Assembly (NCBI GenBank): GCA_963714695.1 | Contig: CAVQPQ010000001.1 | Span: 7,880-71,879 of the forward strand | Length of the DNA stretch: 64,000 nucleotides | Direction: 5' to 3' | Origin: an uncultured Verrucomicrobiae bacterium | Lineage (GTDB): Bacteria > Verrucomicrobiota > Verrucomicrobiia > Limisphaerales > UBA11358 | Part shown: positions 35,201 through 43,608 of the stretch, one piece after another | Layout of the letters: the number at the start of each line of letters is the position of its first letter | How positions within the stretch are numbered: position 1 is the first letter of the stretch | Notes under the pieces: generated by a model | The model's database searches: none | Told to the model about the DNA's origin: nothing | Seen by the model: only the letters and a program-made list of their open reading frames with translations | Program-made: the position numbers and the translations under genes

Positions 35201-36870
35201 GCAACAGCTACAGTAAATGTCGCCGTGCCTCCCGCCATCACGGTTTGATCGGCCGGCTCGGCCGGCATCATGACCACCAAGCTGGCCGCGCTGCTGGTCA
35301 CACTGCCCCACACATTGGTGATGATGACCGTGTAACCGCCCGCGTCATTGGTGGCGGCGGCGGTCACAAACAGGTTGTTCGTCGCCGAACCGGAAAGGTT
35401 GCCGTCATCAGTCAGATTCACCCCGTTTTTTTGCCATTGAAAATGAAACGGCGTGGTGCCGACAACGGAGACGCCAAACGAGGCCGGCGCTCCACCCAGC
35501 ACGGCAAGGCTTTGAGGTTGGGACACAATGATGGGCGGTGATAAAACCGTCAACGTGACATTGCTGCTGGTCACGCTGCCGTCGGGACCGGTGATGACGA
35601 TGGAATAATTTCCTTCGTTGTATGGACCCACATTGTTCAGGGTGAGCGTGGGGTTACTGGCAAACAACACCACTTCCCGGACGCGTTCGTTGCCCAAATC
35701 CGCCAGGAACAGGTTGCCGGTGCTGTCCAACGCCACGCCGGAAGGCAGATTCAGGGTGGCATTGGTGGCCATTCCGCCGTCGCCGGAATAACCCCAGTTG
35801 TCATTGCCCGCCACGGTCGTGATGATGCCGAAAGAGTCCACTTTGCGGATGCGATCGTTCGATGAGTCCGCAAAAAACAAATTGCCGAAGGCATCCACAG
35901 CCACGCCATAAGGCGCGTCCAGGCAGGCGTTGGTGGCCAGTCCGCCATCGCCGGAATAATCCAGGCTGCCGTTGCCGGCCACAGTCGTAATGATGCCATT
36001 GGTGTCCACTTTGCGAATGCGATTATTGTCCATGTCCGCAATGAACAGATTGCCGGTGGCATCCACAGCCACACCATAAGGCGCATTCAGGCTGGCGTTG
36101 GTGGCCGGGCCACCATCGCCGGAATAGCTTCCGTAAACAGCGGGGCCTTTGCCGGCCACCGTGGTGATGATGCCGTTGGTGTCCACTTTGCGGATGCGAT
36201 TGTTGTCCGTATCCGCAATAAACAGATTGCCGGAGCCGTCCACGTCCACGGCTTCAACGTAAGCCAGGCTGGCGCTGGTGGCCGGGCCACCGTCGCCGGA
36301 ATAGCCGGGACTGCCATTGCCGGCCACGGTCGTGATGATGCCGTTGGTGTCCACCTTGCGAACGCGGTTGTTGTTCCAATCCGCGATGAAGAGGTTGCCT
36401 GAGGCGTCCAGCGCCACCCCGGCAGGACGGATGGTGGCATTGGTGGCAGCGACGCCATCGCCGGAGTAACCGGTGCTGCCGTTGCCCGCGACCGTCGTGA
36501 TGATCCCGTTGGTGGTTACCTTGCGGATGCGATTGTTGACAAAGTCGGCAATGAACAGGTTGCCGGCGGCGTCAAAAGCCGCACCCTCAGGATAATACAG
36601 GCTGGCATTGGTGGCCGGTCCGCCGTCGCCGGAATAACCGCCACTGCCATTGCCGGCCACGGTGGTGATAATGCCATTGGGCAGATTGGTGCCATTGAAT
36701 TGCCATTGGCAGGTAAACGGGCCGTCACCGGAAACCGCCACGCTCAACTTCGTCATGCTTCCGGCCATCACTGTCTGGTTGGTCGGCTGGGTGGTGATGG
36801 TTTGTGCGGACAAAATCGTCGCCGCAAAGGCCGGTGCCGCTGCCGCCCAAAAAAACATTTTCAGTTTCAT
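32293..36870 (-). CDS. Giant secreted NHL-repeat protein with interspersed Ig-like domains
   Basis: 1525 aa with a signal peptide. More than 25 units of IITTVAGNGxxGYSGDGGPATNAxLxxPxGVAxDxxGNLFIADxxNNRIRKV are grouped in four propeller blocks. Each block is followed by an Ig-like segment (FxWQxNGxNL). Confidence 0.9.
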   Translation of the reverse strand: MKLKMFFWAAAAPAFAATILSAQTITTQPTNQTVMAGSMTKLSVAVSGDGPFTCQWQFNGTNLPNGIITTVAGNGSGGYSGDGGPATNASLYYPEGAAFDAAGNLFIADFVNNRIRKVTTNGIITTVAGNGSTGYSGDGVAATNATIRPAGVALDASGNLFIADWNNNRVRKVDTNGIITTVAGNGSPGYSGDGGPATSASLAYVEAVDVDGSGNLFIADTDNNRIRKVDTNGIITTVAGKGPAVYGSYSGDGGPATNASLNAPYGVAVDATGNLFIADMDNNRIRKVDTNGIITTVAGNGSLDYSGDGGLATNACLDAPYGVAVDAFGNLFFADSSNDRIRKVDSFGIITTVAGNDNWGYSGDGGMATNATLNLPSGVALDSTGNLFLADLGNERVREVVLFASNPTLTLNNVGPYNEGNYSIVITGPDGSVTSSNVTLTVLSPPIIVSQPQSLAVLGGAPASFGVSVVGTTPFHFQWQKNGVNLTDDGNLSGSATNNLFVTAAATNDAGGYTVIITNVWGSVTSSAASLVVMMPAEPADQTVMAGGTATFTVAVAGAGPFTFQWQLNGTNLPDGIITTVAGNGTNAFSGDGGPATNASVHPFSVFLDISGNLFITGSSNRIRKVSVNGVITTVAGNGTNSYSGDGGPATNASLSSSGSTVTDPSGNLFIADYNNNRIRKVDTNGIITTVAGNGTNSYSGDGGPATNASLNHPYGITFDNLGNLYIADFLNNRVRKMDTNGMINTVAGNGTGSYSGDGGTATNASLNHPFGVALDAFGNLFISDSLNFRVRKVDINGIITTVAGNGINGYSGDGGAATNAKLYFPYGVALDASGNLFIADDINSRIRKVSIDGMITTVAGNGSSGYSSDGGAATNTSLYQPLGVAVDTFGNLFIADTSNNRVRKVALFASYPTLALNNVTARDAGNYSVIITTPYGSFTSSIVTLTVASSPPIIVSQPQNLAVRYGTPASFGVSVIGTVPFHFQWQKNGANLADDGNLSGSTTTNLLLNATATNDVGDYTVIITNMWGSVTSSVAHLRGELVSVEPANQLVMMGGKATFNVEIFDTGPFTYQWQLNGTNLPYGMTTVAGNGSPGFSGDDGPATNAMLNSPLGMAWDAFGNLFIADASNNRIRKLSVNGIITTVAGNGINGFSGDGGAATNASLNAPYGVTVDANGNLFIGDYANNRIRKINTNGMITTMAGNGSGGYFGDGGPATNAGLHGPFGVALDAFGNLFIGDYFNNCIRKVDSSGIITSVAGNGTGGYSGNGGAATNAILHNPENLVFDISGNLFFADTGNNCIRKVDVNGIITAVAGNGTRGYSGDGGAATNAMLNLPTGVVLDPFGNLFIADWLNNCIRKVDTNGVITTVAGNGAITNASFNLTGGVETDASGNLLIADTLNNRICKVSLFASYPTLTLNNITMNNSGNYSVIVTGPYGSFTSSLVTLSVATAPLISKSVFNPDGSVTLNLLTAPNIGSRVFAATNLTPPVIWQPICTNVAGPAGAWQFTDTNAGSHPVQFYRSATP

Positions 36871-37024
36871 GGAAGAATGTTCCTTTGGGCATCATTTTAG
36901 TTTTTTAGGTTTTAATGTAAATGGTTAATCTTCCAACGAGTTTGTCTTGTCGGCCCGAAGCATCGTGAAGTTGGACGTTGAAATGGCATTGAGTGTTTGT
37001 GCCGCTGCGATATAGTTTGCGGTG

Positions 37025-38485
37025 ATGCCAGTTCAAAACCGCATTGTCAAAGTTCAGAAACGCAACCGGGCGCTGGTCAAATTTGATTCGGACCGCATCC
37101 GCAAGGTCATCTTGTGGGCCGCGGAATCCATCGGCGGTTTTCACGGCGATTTTCTGCCGGGGGTGAACGACAAGATTTTCAGCGCGCAAGGTTCGGATGA
37201 AAACATCGCGGGCTTTCTGGCGGACGCGGCCATTGTCTGCCTCAACTCCGATCCCCATCACCTGATTTCAAATTTTCCGCCGACGATCGAGACCATCCAG
37301 GACGAGGTGTTGCACGCGCTGCGCAGCTATGGTTTCCAAAACACCGCCGACGCCTACGAGTGTTATCGCTGGGGACGGCATTGGCTGCGGGAAGGAGCGC
37401 TGACGCCGGATAAATTCTCCGGCAACGGCTTTCCGCTCGAACGCATGAAGCAAATCCTCGACTGGAACCGCCAGAATGGCGTGGACACGGTGGCCGGCCT
37501 GAATGAGGCGGTGCGCAGCGGGCGCATCAAGGAGGTCATCGCCGCGTCGCTGGCCGTTTATGAGTCGTCGCTGGACGACGCCGCGCGGAAGGTTTTGTCC
37601 CGCCTGAACGCCGGCAACCGTTTGCGAATGATGTGGGTGAGCGGCCCCAGTTCCTCCGGCAAGACCACCACCACGGTCAAGCTGACCCAGCGGCTCGAAA
37701 AGCAGGGCCTCCGGTTTTTGATGCTCAATCTCGACGACTATTTCTGGTCGCTGGTCGAGCATCCTACCGACTGGATCAATGACCGGAATTACGAAACGCC
37801 GGAAGCGCTGGACATTCAGTTGTTGAATCAGCATCTCCGCGCGCTGCTCGACGGCCAGACGATTGAAAAACCGGTTTACAGTTTCAAGGAAGGCGGGCGC
37901 GTGGGCACCAAGCCGGTCAGGCTGGAGCCGGACCAGATTCTGTTGCTGGATTGTCTGCACGGATTTTATCCGCCCATTACCGAGGGCATTGACGCCTCCG
38001 CGCAATTCCGTCTCTACATCGAAACACTGAACGTGATGTACGAAGGCGACGGGAGCACCAAACGGCTCACGCAACTCACCGACGTGCGCCTCATCCGGCG
38101 GATGTTGCGGGACGCGCGCCATCGCAATCACAGCGCGCTGCGCACGATTTTGCACTGGCATTACGTGCGCTACGGCGAGCTGTTCAGCATCATCCCGCTG
38201 ATGGGACTATGCGATTGCATTATCAATGGCGGATTCCCCTTTGATTTGCCCGCGCTCAAACCGTTCTTCATCGGTGAAGGCGGCCTCCTGCCCAAGCCGG
38301 AGGATTTCGCGCCTTATTCGGGTTTTCTCGACGCGCGCATCCGTTACGACCGGGTCAAGGCGCTGCTCGAATCGGTGGAAGGGTTCACGGAGAAACAGAT
38401 TGCCACCGGCGACCTCATCCCGGGCGACGCCGTGATCCGGGAATTCATCGGCGGAAGCACAATTCAGATTCCACACAACGAATAG
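37025..38485 (+). CDS. ATP-cone domain fused to a uridine kinase/phosphoribulokinase-family P-loop kinase
   Basis: N-terminus IVKVQKRNRALVKFDSDRIRKVI is ATP-cone-like. The Walker A GPSSSGKTTT and the ETPEALD and LLLDCLHG patterns fit the Udk/PRK family. Confidence 0.7.
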   Translation: MPVQNRIVKVQKRNRALVKFDSDRIRKVILWAAESIGGFHGDFLPGVNDKIFSAQGSDENIAGFLADAAIVCLNSDPHHLISNFPPTIETIQDEVLHALRSYGFQNTADAYECYRWGRHWLREGALTPDKFSGNGFPLERMKQILDWNRQNGVDTVAGLNEAVRSGRIKEVIAASLAVYESSLDDAARKVLSRLNAGNRLRMMWVSGPSSSGKTTTTVKLTQRLEKQGLRFLMLNLDDYFWSLVEHPTDWINDRNYETPEALDIQLLNQHLRALLDGQTIEKPVYSFKEGGRVGTKPVRLEPDQILLLDCLHGFYPPITEGIDASAQFRLYIETLNVMYEGDGSTKRLTQLTDVRLIRRMLRDARHRNHSALRTILHWHYVRYGELFSIIPLMGLCDCIINGGFPFDLPALKPFFIGEGGLLPKPEDFAPYSGFLDARIRYDRVKALLESVEGFTEKQIATGDLIPGDAVIREFIGGSTIQIPHNE

Positions 38486-38537
38486 CGGCCTGGCGCATCT
38501 GCACTTGGATGGCGGTGCAATTTGCCGCATCCCAAAA

Positions 38538-39290
38538 TCACTTCAACATTCCCTCCAGCGCCGGTTCCATCGCTGCGGCCCAGATCTGATAGCCGCGTTC
38601 GTTGGGATGCAGTAAATCCGGCATGATTTCCCGGGGCAACGTGCCGTCGGCTTCCAGAAATTTTGGGCCAATGTCGAGATACTTCACCATTTTGCCATCA
38701 TCGAGCTTGGCGATGACGGTGTTGATCAGGGCGACCTGGGCGCGTTGCGGATCGTCCAGCGTGCCGCGCGGGAAAATGGCGAGCAGCAGGATTTTGCTGT
38801 CCGGCAGTTTCGCGTGCAATTCTTGGACAACCGCCTGCACCCCGGCAATCGTCTCGGGAACGTTGTTGCGGATTTTGCCGGTGTCCTTTTCCTTGCCGGT
38901 GTTGTTGGTGCCAATCATGAGCACAACCACCTTCGGCTTGACGCCGTCGAGTTCACCGTGGTCCATGCGCCAGAGAACGTGCTGGGTGCGATCGCCGCTG
39001 ATGCCAAAGTTGGCCGCGTGGCGCGACACATAATATTTGTTCCACACGTTCAAGCCTTGGTTCCGCCATCCGTCCGTGATGGAATCGCCCAGGAACAACA
39101 CATCAATGCCGCCTTTTCGGGCCTCCCGCACAAAAACTTCGTGACGGGCAACCCATTGGGAATCGCGCGGCACCGGAACGATGGCAGTGTTTTGAACAAC
39201 TTCATTCGTGTTTTGCGCAAACGATCCGGGGGCGGTTGAAAAAATGAACAACGCGGCACCGAAAACCCATAACGAGGAGATTCTCTTCAT
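38538..39290 (-). CDS. SGNH/GDSL hydrolase (PAF-acetylhydrolase-like)
   Basis: Signal peptide. Motifs FLGDSITDGW, GISGDRT, IGTNN and DLLHPNERGY (blocks I, II, III and V). Confidence 0.8.
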   Translation of the reverse strand: MKRISSLWVFGAALFIFSTAPGSFAQNTNEVVQNTAIVPVPRDSQWVARHEVFVREARKGGIDVLFLGDSITDGWRNQGLNVWNKYYVSRHAANFGISGDRTQHVLWRMDHGELDGVKPKVVVLMIGTNNTGKEKDTGKIRNNVPETIAGVQAVVQELHAKLPDSKILLLAIFPRGTLDDPQRAQVALINTVIAKLDDGKMVKYLDIGPKFLEADGTLPREIMPDLLHPNERGYQIWAAAMEPALEGMLK

Positions 39291-39421
39291 GCGCGGAAAA
39301 TAGAAATTCATGAGGGCGCAGACAATTTTAATTTTTGAGCGCTGTTCGTAACAGTGGTCGGCAGGCCGCCGAATGATTAGGGGAATTTGACCGGTGCGGC
39401 CTTCTGCCGAAAGACATTTTA

Positions 39422-39449
39422 CTCTCAACCTTCAACCCTCAACCCTCAA
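39422..39449. repeat. Heptanucleotide array (CTCAACC)n, intergenic
   Basis: CTCAACC TTCAACC CTCAACC CTCAACT. Its complement GAGGGTTGA also occurs at about 775-787 and 41097-41106. Confidence 0.8.
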
Positions 39450-39457
39450 CTTTTTCC

Positions 39458-40255
39458 TCACGTGCTCGCGCTGGTGTAGCGGCGAATCGAGAAACGCCAG
39501 AACCATTCGGAAATGAGCGCCCAAACAACACCCAGGCCGATCAGCACCAACCAGGTAGCGGGCGAAGTCAATTTGTCCGCCAGCACGCGCACGGGCACGT
39601 TGGACACCAGCAGCACGGGCAGCGCGAAAGTGAACACGGCCTTGAACAGGCCCCGAAACGCCTCGTCCGGCATCCGTGCGATGTTGAACAGACTGTAGTA
39701 GCCCCACACGATGCCTTGCGCGCGCACCGTCCAAAAGCTCACCGAGGCCAGCATGAACATCAGCGAATAATGCACCAGCAATCCCACCGCGCATAACGCG
39801 CCGAAGCCGAGGAACTGCGCGGCCGTCGGGTGCAAATGCAATTTCCCCGCCGCATAGGTCATGACGCAAACGGCGAACGCGGCGTTGGCAAACGATGGGA
39901 TGTCCACCTGCCGCAAGGAAACCAAAAAGCGCGTGTTGACCGGCAACAACAACAGGAAATCCATTTTGCCGGTCCGCACGAGTTCGGAAAGGTTTGTGCA
40001 GTTCACGAGGAAAAACGCCTGGTAAATCTGCTGGATGAAACTGCTCGTGCCGGTGAGCAGCACCACCTGCCAGACCGTCCAGGTGCCGACGGTGGTGGTC
40101 TGGCTGAAAATCACGCCGACGAACGCGAGTTGCAGCCCGAACCAGGCCAGCTCGACGATGATCCACAGGAGGAAATTGCCCTTGAACGACATCTCGCGCG
40201 TGACGGAAGTCCGCCACAACACTCCGTAAATCGTGAGATAACGATTCAAGTTCAT
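39458..40255 (-). CDS. ABC-2 family transporter permease (DUF990-like)
   Basis: Six predicted TM helices. MDFLLLLPVNTRFLV is typical of the family. Confidence 0.7.
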   Translation of the reverse strand: MNLNRYLTIYGVLWRTSVTREMSFKGNFLLWIIVELAWFGLQLAFVGVIFSQTTTVGTWTVWQVVLLTGTSSFIQQIYQAFFLVNCTNLSELVRTGKMDFLLLLPVNTRFLVSLRQVDIPSFANAAFAVCVMTYAAGKLHLHPTAAQFLGFGALCAVGLLVHYSLMFMLASVSFWTVRAQGIVWGYYSLFNIARMPDEAFRGLFKAVFTFALPVLLVSNVPVRVLADKLTSPATWLVLIGLGVVWALISEWFWRFSIRRYTSAST

Positions 40256-40320
40256 TTGTCCGCCGCAAAACTTAACATCAGGTAAAACGGAAGCCAACTC
40301 TTTGGCGCTTACAATTAGAG

Positions 40321-40342
40321 CTTTCTCACGTCGCCTCCTACA
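40321..40342. repeat. Family C half element
   Basis: CTTTCTCACGTCGCCTCCTACA. Only a single arm is present. Confidence 0.6.
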
Positions 40343-40349
40343 TCATGGG

Positions 40350-40450
40350 GAATTTGAGAACTGGGCCGTCATCGCCCTCGGCGGCATCCCGAACAAGGTG
40401 CAGGTGGGCGACATGGGCGTGGATGGCCGCATTGCCGGAAGCGTGAATGC
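40350..40450 (+). pseudogene. Short C-terminal fragment resembling DNA methyltransferase-associated domain
   Basis: The frame reads EFENWAVIALGGIPNKVQVGDMGVDGRIAGS. The G-D-x-G-(I/V)-D-G motif recalls C-termini of some N4/N6 DNA methylases. There is no upstream coding context. Confidence 0.3.
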
Positions 40451-40456
40451 TAAAGT

Positions 40457-40494
40457 CCTCTCCTCGGGGGAGAGGATTTAGGTGCGGGCGAGCG
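40457..40494. repeat. Family B hairpin element
   Basis: CCTCTCCTCGGGGGAGAGG followed by ATTTAGGTGCGGGCGAGCG. Confidence 0.8.
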
Positions 40495-40541
40495 TCAAAA
40501 CAAACTTTTCAGTCTTCCCATCAATAATCTAAATTCCCGTC

Positions 40542-40936
40542 ATGGCCGACATTGAACGCGCCCGCCAGCTTCGTAAAAAAAAACATGGGCGGAAAAACTC
40601 ATGTGGCGCTGGCTGCGCGCCCGGCGGTTCAGTGGCTACAAATTCCGCCGCCAGCATCCCTGCGGCATTTACTATCTCGATTTCTGTTGCAAGGAGGCGA
40701 ATTTGAATGTGGAACTGGACGGCAGCCAGCACGGTTTTCCCGACCAGCGCAAACATGATTTGGAACGCGAAAAGTTTCTGCAATCGCTCGGTATCAAGAC
40801 GCTGCGGTTCTGGAATTCGCATTTGCGCCGCAATGCCCAAAGCATCCGTGACACAATCTTTAACGAATTGCAGGCACGCGCACCACATCCGTTGCCGGAA
40901 TATACGAGGCCGATGAAACCTGAAAAGAAAAGTTAG
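40542..40936 (+). pseudogene. DUF559 (Vsr-like) endonuclease gene interrupted by a frameshift in an A9 run
   Basis: MADIERARQLRKKK in one frame continues as (K)TWAEKLMWRWLRARRFSGYKFRRQHP..LDFCC..VELDGSQH in the -1 frame. A 10th A at 40575-40583 would fuse the two frames. Confidence 0.65.
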
Positions 40937-40944
40937 TTGAATGT

Positions 40945-40978
40945 CCTCCCTCACCCAACCCTCTCCCCAAGGAGAGGG
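40945..40978. repeat. Family B hairpin element (opposite orientation)
   Basis: CCTCCCTCACCCAA followed by CCCTCTCCCCAAGGAGAGGG. Confidence 0.8.
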
Positions 40979-41064
40979 CTTTCACGTCCACCGTCCCCTT
41001 GAAAATCCGCGCGCCGGGATTGCCGGACAGTCAATCAAATCACCGAGACCGTGATTGCCAAAAT

Positions 41065-41100
41065 CCTCTCCCCGGGGTAGAGGACACAGGTGAGTAGAGG
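41065..41100. repeat. Family B hairpin element
   Basis: CCTCTCCCCGGGGTAGAGG followed by ACACAGGTGAGTAGAGG. Confidence 0.75.
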
Positions 41101-41155
41101 GTTGAAGGCTAATGGTCAGCAGCCGGAATGAGAAATCGTTCCGGCCGTTTTTTGT

Positions 41156-41962
41156 TCATCCGCCGAAAGCCGCGTATTTTTTGATGCCGCGCCGCCAGGC
41201 GAATCGCGCCAGCGCATACGCGAGCAGCAACCAAAGCAATTGCGTCAGCAATCCGAGCCAGATGCCGGCTCCGGTGATCTTGCCCATGTAAATGGCGATG
41301 GGTACGTAAAGCATGTACGGAAACGGCGTGAAGAAAAGCGCGTGGCCAATCACGGGCGGCAACAGGTCGAGCGGGAATAAATGGCCGCTGGCCAGATATT
41401 CGAGCGCGAACAGGATGAAGATGAACGTGGAAATTTCCAGCATCCAGAACGCCAGCATGGCCATGGTGTAGGAAATGAAAAATTGCAGCAACGCCGTCAG
41501 CACTAGCGAAATCACAAAGGCGGCCAGCGCCTCGCCGCCGACCGGAAAAACCACATAATCCCGGAAACAGAAAATAAAAACCGCCAGCGGCACGCACGCC
41601 ATGGAGATGAATGCGATGCGCCCGGAAAAGAACAGGCACAACCGGTACCACAGGTAATCAATTGGCTTAAGCAGGAACTGGCTGATGTTACCTTCGCGGA
41701 TGTCCGCGGCAATCTGCCAGTCATCCTCGTTCACCGCCGTCAGCACGTCCACGACCGCGACCATGAGGTAGTAAAATATCATCTGCGCCTGGGTGTAACC
41801 AGAGAGAGAGCTTCCCTGCCCTTTCCCCGCGTAAATCGTGCGCCAGAGCGACAGCATGGCGAACAGCGGGATGAAACTGAACAGCGTTCGCGTCACGTAA
41901 TTGACGCGATACGTCAGGTTGTTCTGGATCCCGATGCCGATGACGTGCCAGTATTTTTTCAT
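41156..41962 (-). CDS. ABC-2 family transporter permease (DUF990-like)
   Basis: 268 aa with six TM helices. It is a paralogous partner of 39458-40255. Confidence 0.7.
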   Translation of the reverse strand: MKKYWHVIGIGIQNNLTYRVNYVTRTLFSFIPLFAMLSLWRTIYAGKGQGSSLSGYTQAQMIFYYLMVAVVDVLTAVNEDDWQIAADIREGNISQFLLKPIDYLWYRLCLFFSGRIAFISMACVPLAVFIFCFRDYVVFPVGGEALAAFVISLVLTALLQFFISYTMAMLAFWMLEISTFIFILFALEYLASGHLFPLDLLPPVIGHALFFTPFPYMLYVPIAIYMGKITGAGIWLGLLTQLLWLLLAYALARFAWRRGIKKYAAFGG

Positions 41963-42150
41963 TCCTCTGCGAATGCCGGGAATTTAGCCGCGTTCCGCCA
42001 TTTTGCGAATGGAAATTTTCCGCGGCTGATTGATGCTTGTGTCCATTCTCGGGACTGAGCCGTTCACAACCCGGTGGGACGGCGGTGAAAATAGTTCGGG
42101 ATTTTCATTGAAATAATCCGCCACTGGCCTAGATATTGCGCGCATTCACA

Positions 42151-43602
42151 ATGGTCTTTAGTTCTCCCATATTCCTGTTTTTGTTCCTGCCGATTGCGCT
42201 CACGGTTTATGTGTTGCTGCCGGGCATAAAACTCAGAAATTTCTGGCTCCTGTTGATGAGCCTGGCGTTTTATGCGTGGGGCCAGATTGATTTCATTCTT
42301 CTGTTGCTGGCCTCCACGCTGATGAACTACGGCCTCGGCTTGTGGGTGGACCGCAGCGAACGCGCCGCCGGCCGCAAACTCGCCATCGCCGTCGCGGTGT
42401 TCGTGAACATCGGCCTGCTCGCTTTTTTCAAATATGCGGATTTCGTTGTCCGCCTGCTCAATTCCGCATTGCCTCTGGCGGGCATCGCTCCGATTCATGC
42501 GCCGCACATCCCGCTGCCGATTGGCATTTCGTTTTTCACCTTCCATGCGTTGTCCTACGTGATGGACGTGTATCGCCGCAAATGGAAGGCGACGACCAAC
42601 CCCGGGCACGTGGCGCTTTACATCTTCTTTTTTCCCCAGCTCATCGCCGGCCCGATTTTGCGCTGGAGTTCCATCGGCCCGCAACTGTTGCAACGCGCGG
42701 CCAGCCTGGACGGGTTTGCGGAGGGGATTCGCCGGTTTGCCGGCGGCCTGGCCAAGAAAACCCTTGTCGCCAATACGGTCGCCCTGCCCGCCGACCAGAT
42801 ATTCTCCCTGCCGGCCAATGAGCTTTCCGCCCCGGTGGCCTGGTTCGGAGCGCTTTGCTACACAATCCAAATTTACTTCGATTTCTCGGGTTATTCGGAC
42901 ATGGCCGTCGGGATGGGCAAAATGTTCGGCTTCACTTTCATGGAAAACTTCAATTTTCCCTACGTGGCGCAGTCCATCAGGGATTTTTGGCGGCGCTGGC
43001 ACATCTCGCTGTCAACCTGGTTTCGCGATTACCTTTACCTGCCGCTGGGAGGCAATCGCGTTTCCGAGGCGCGAACCTACCTGAATCTCATCGTGGTCTT
43101 CTTCCTGTGCGGTTTGTGGCACGGCGCCAGTCTGACGTTTGTGGTGTGGGGCCTTTATCACGGTTTCTTCCTGGTGTTGGAGCGAACCCGCTTCGGAAAC
43201 CTCCTGGCGAAGCTCCCCCAATCCCTCCGGCACCTGTACACGGTCCTGGTGGTGATGATGGGCTGGGTGATTTTCCGCGCCGCCACTTTCAAGGCGGCCG
43301 GGAGTTATTTCACGGTGCTGTTCGGGCGGGGCCACGCGCCGTTCGCACAACCGCTTCCTTTTTACCTGACGAACGAGGTCCTCGCGGCGGTCTTTGTTGG
43401 CATCGCGTTCAGCGGACCCATGTGGCAATGGATTAAAACCGCCTGCGTGAAACTGGCACAAGCCCTGCCGGCGGCAGGTCAAACCGTTGCGCTGAATTCG
43501 GGCAGGATCCTGGAAATTCTGTTGGTGCTCGGGCTGCTCCTGATTTCGTCAGCCTGGCTGGCGGCCAACACGTACAATCCCTTCATTTATTTCCGCTTTT
43601 GA
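42151..43602 (+). CDS. MBOAT-family O-acyltransferase (AlgI/DltB-like)
   Basis: MVFSSPIFLFLFLP N-terminus. Motifs FSGYSDMAVGMGKMFGF, FWRRWHISLSTWFRDYLYLPLGGNR and LCGLWHGA (conserved His). Confidence 0.9.
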   Translation: MVFSSPIFLFLFLPIALTVYVLLPGIKLRNFWLLLMSLAFYAWGQIDFILLLLASTLMNYGLGLWVDRSERAAGRKLAIAVAVFVNIGLLAFFKYADFVVRLLNSALPLAGIAPIHAPHIPLPIGISFFTFHALSYVMDVYRRKWKATTNPGHVALYIFFFPQLIAGPILRWSSIGPQLLQRAASLDGFAEGIRRFAGGLAKKTLVANTVALPADQIFSLPANELSAPVAWFGALCYTIQIYFDFSGYSDMAVGMGKMFGFTFMENFNFPYVAQSIRDFWRRWHISLSTWFRDYLYLPLGGNRVSEARTYLNLIVVFFLCGLWHGASLTFVVWGLYHGFFLVLERTRFGNLLAKLPQSLRHLYTVLVVMMGWVIFRAATFKAAGSYFTVLFGRGHAPFAQPLPFYLTNEVLAAVFVGIAFSGPMWQWIKTACVKLAQALPAAGQTVALNSGRILEILLVLGLLLISSAWLAANTYNPFIYFRF

Positions 43603-43608
43603 TTGGCC

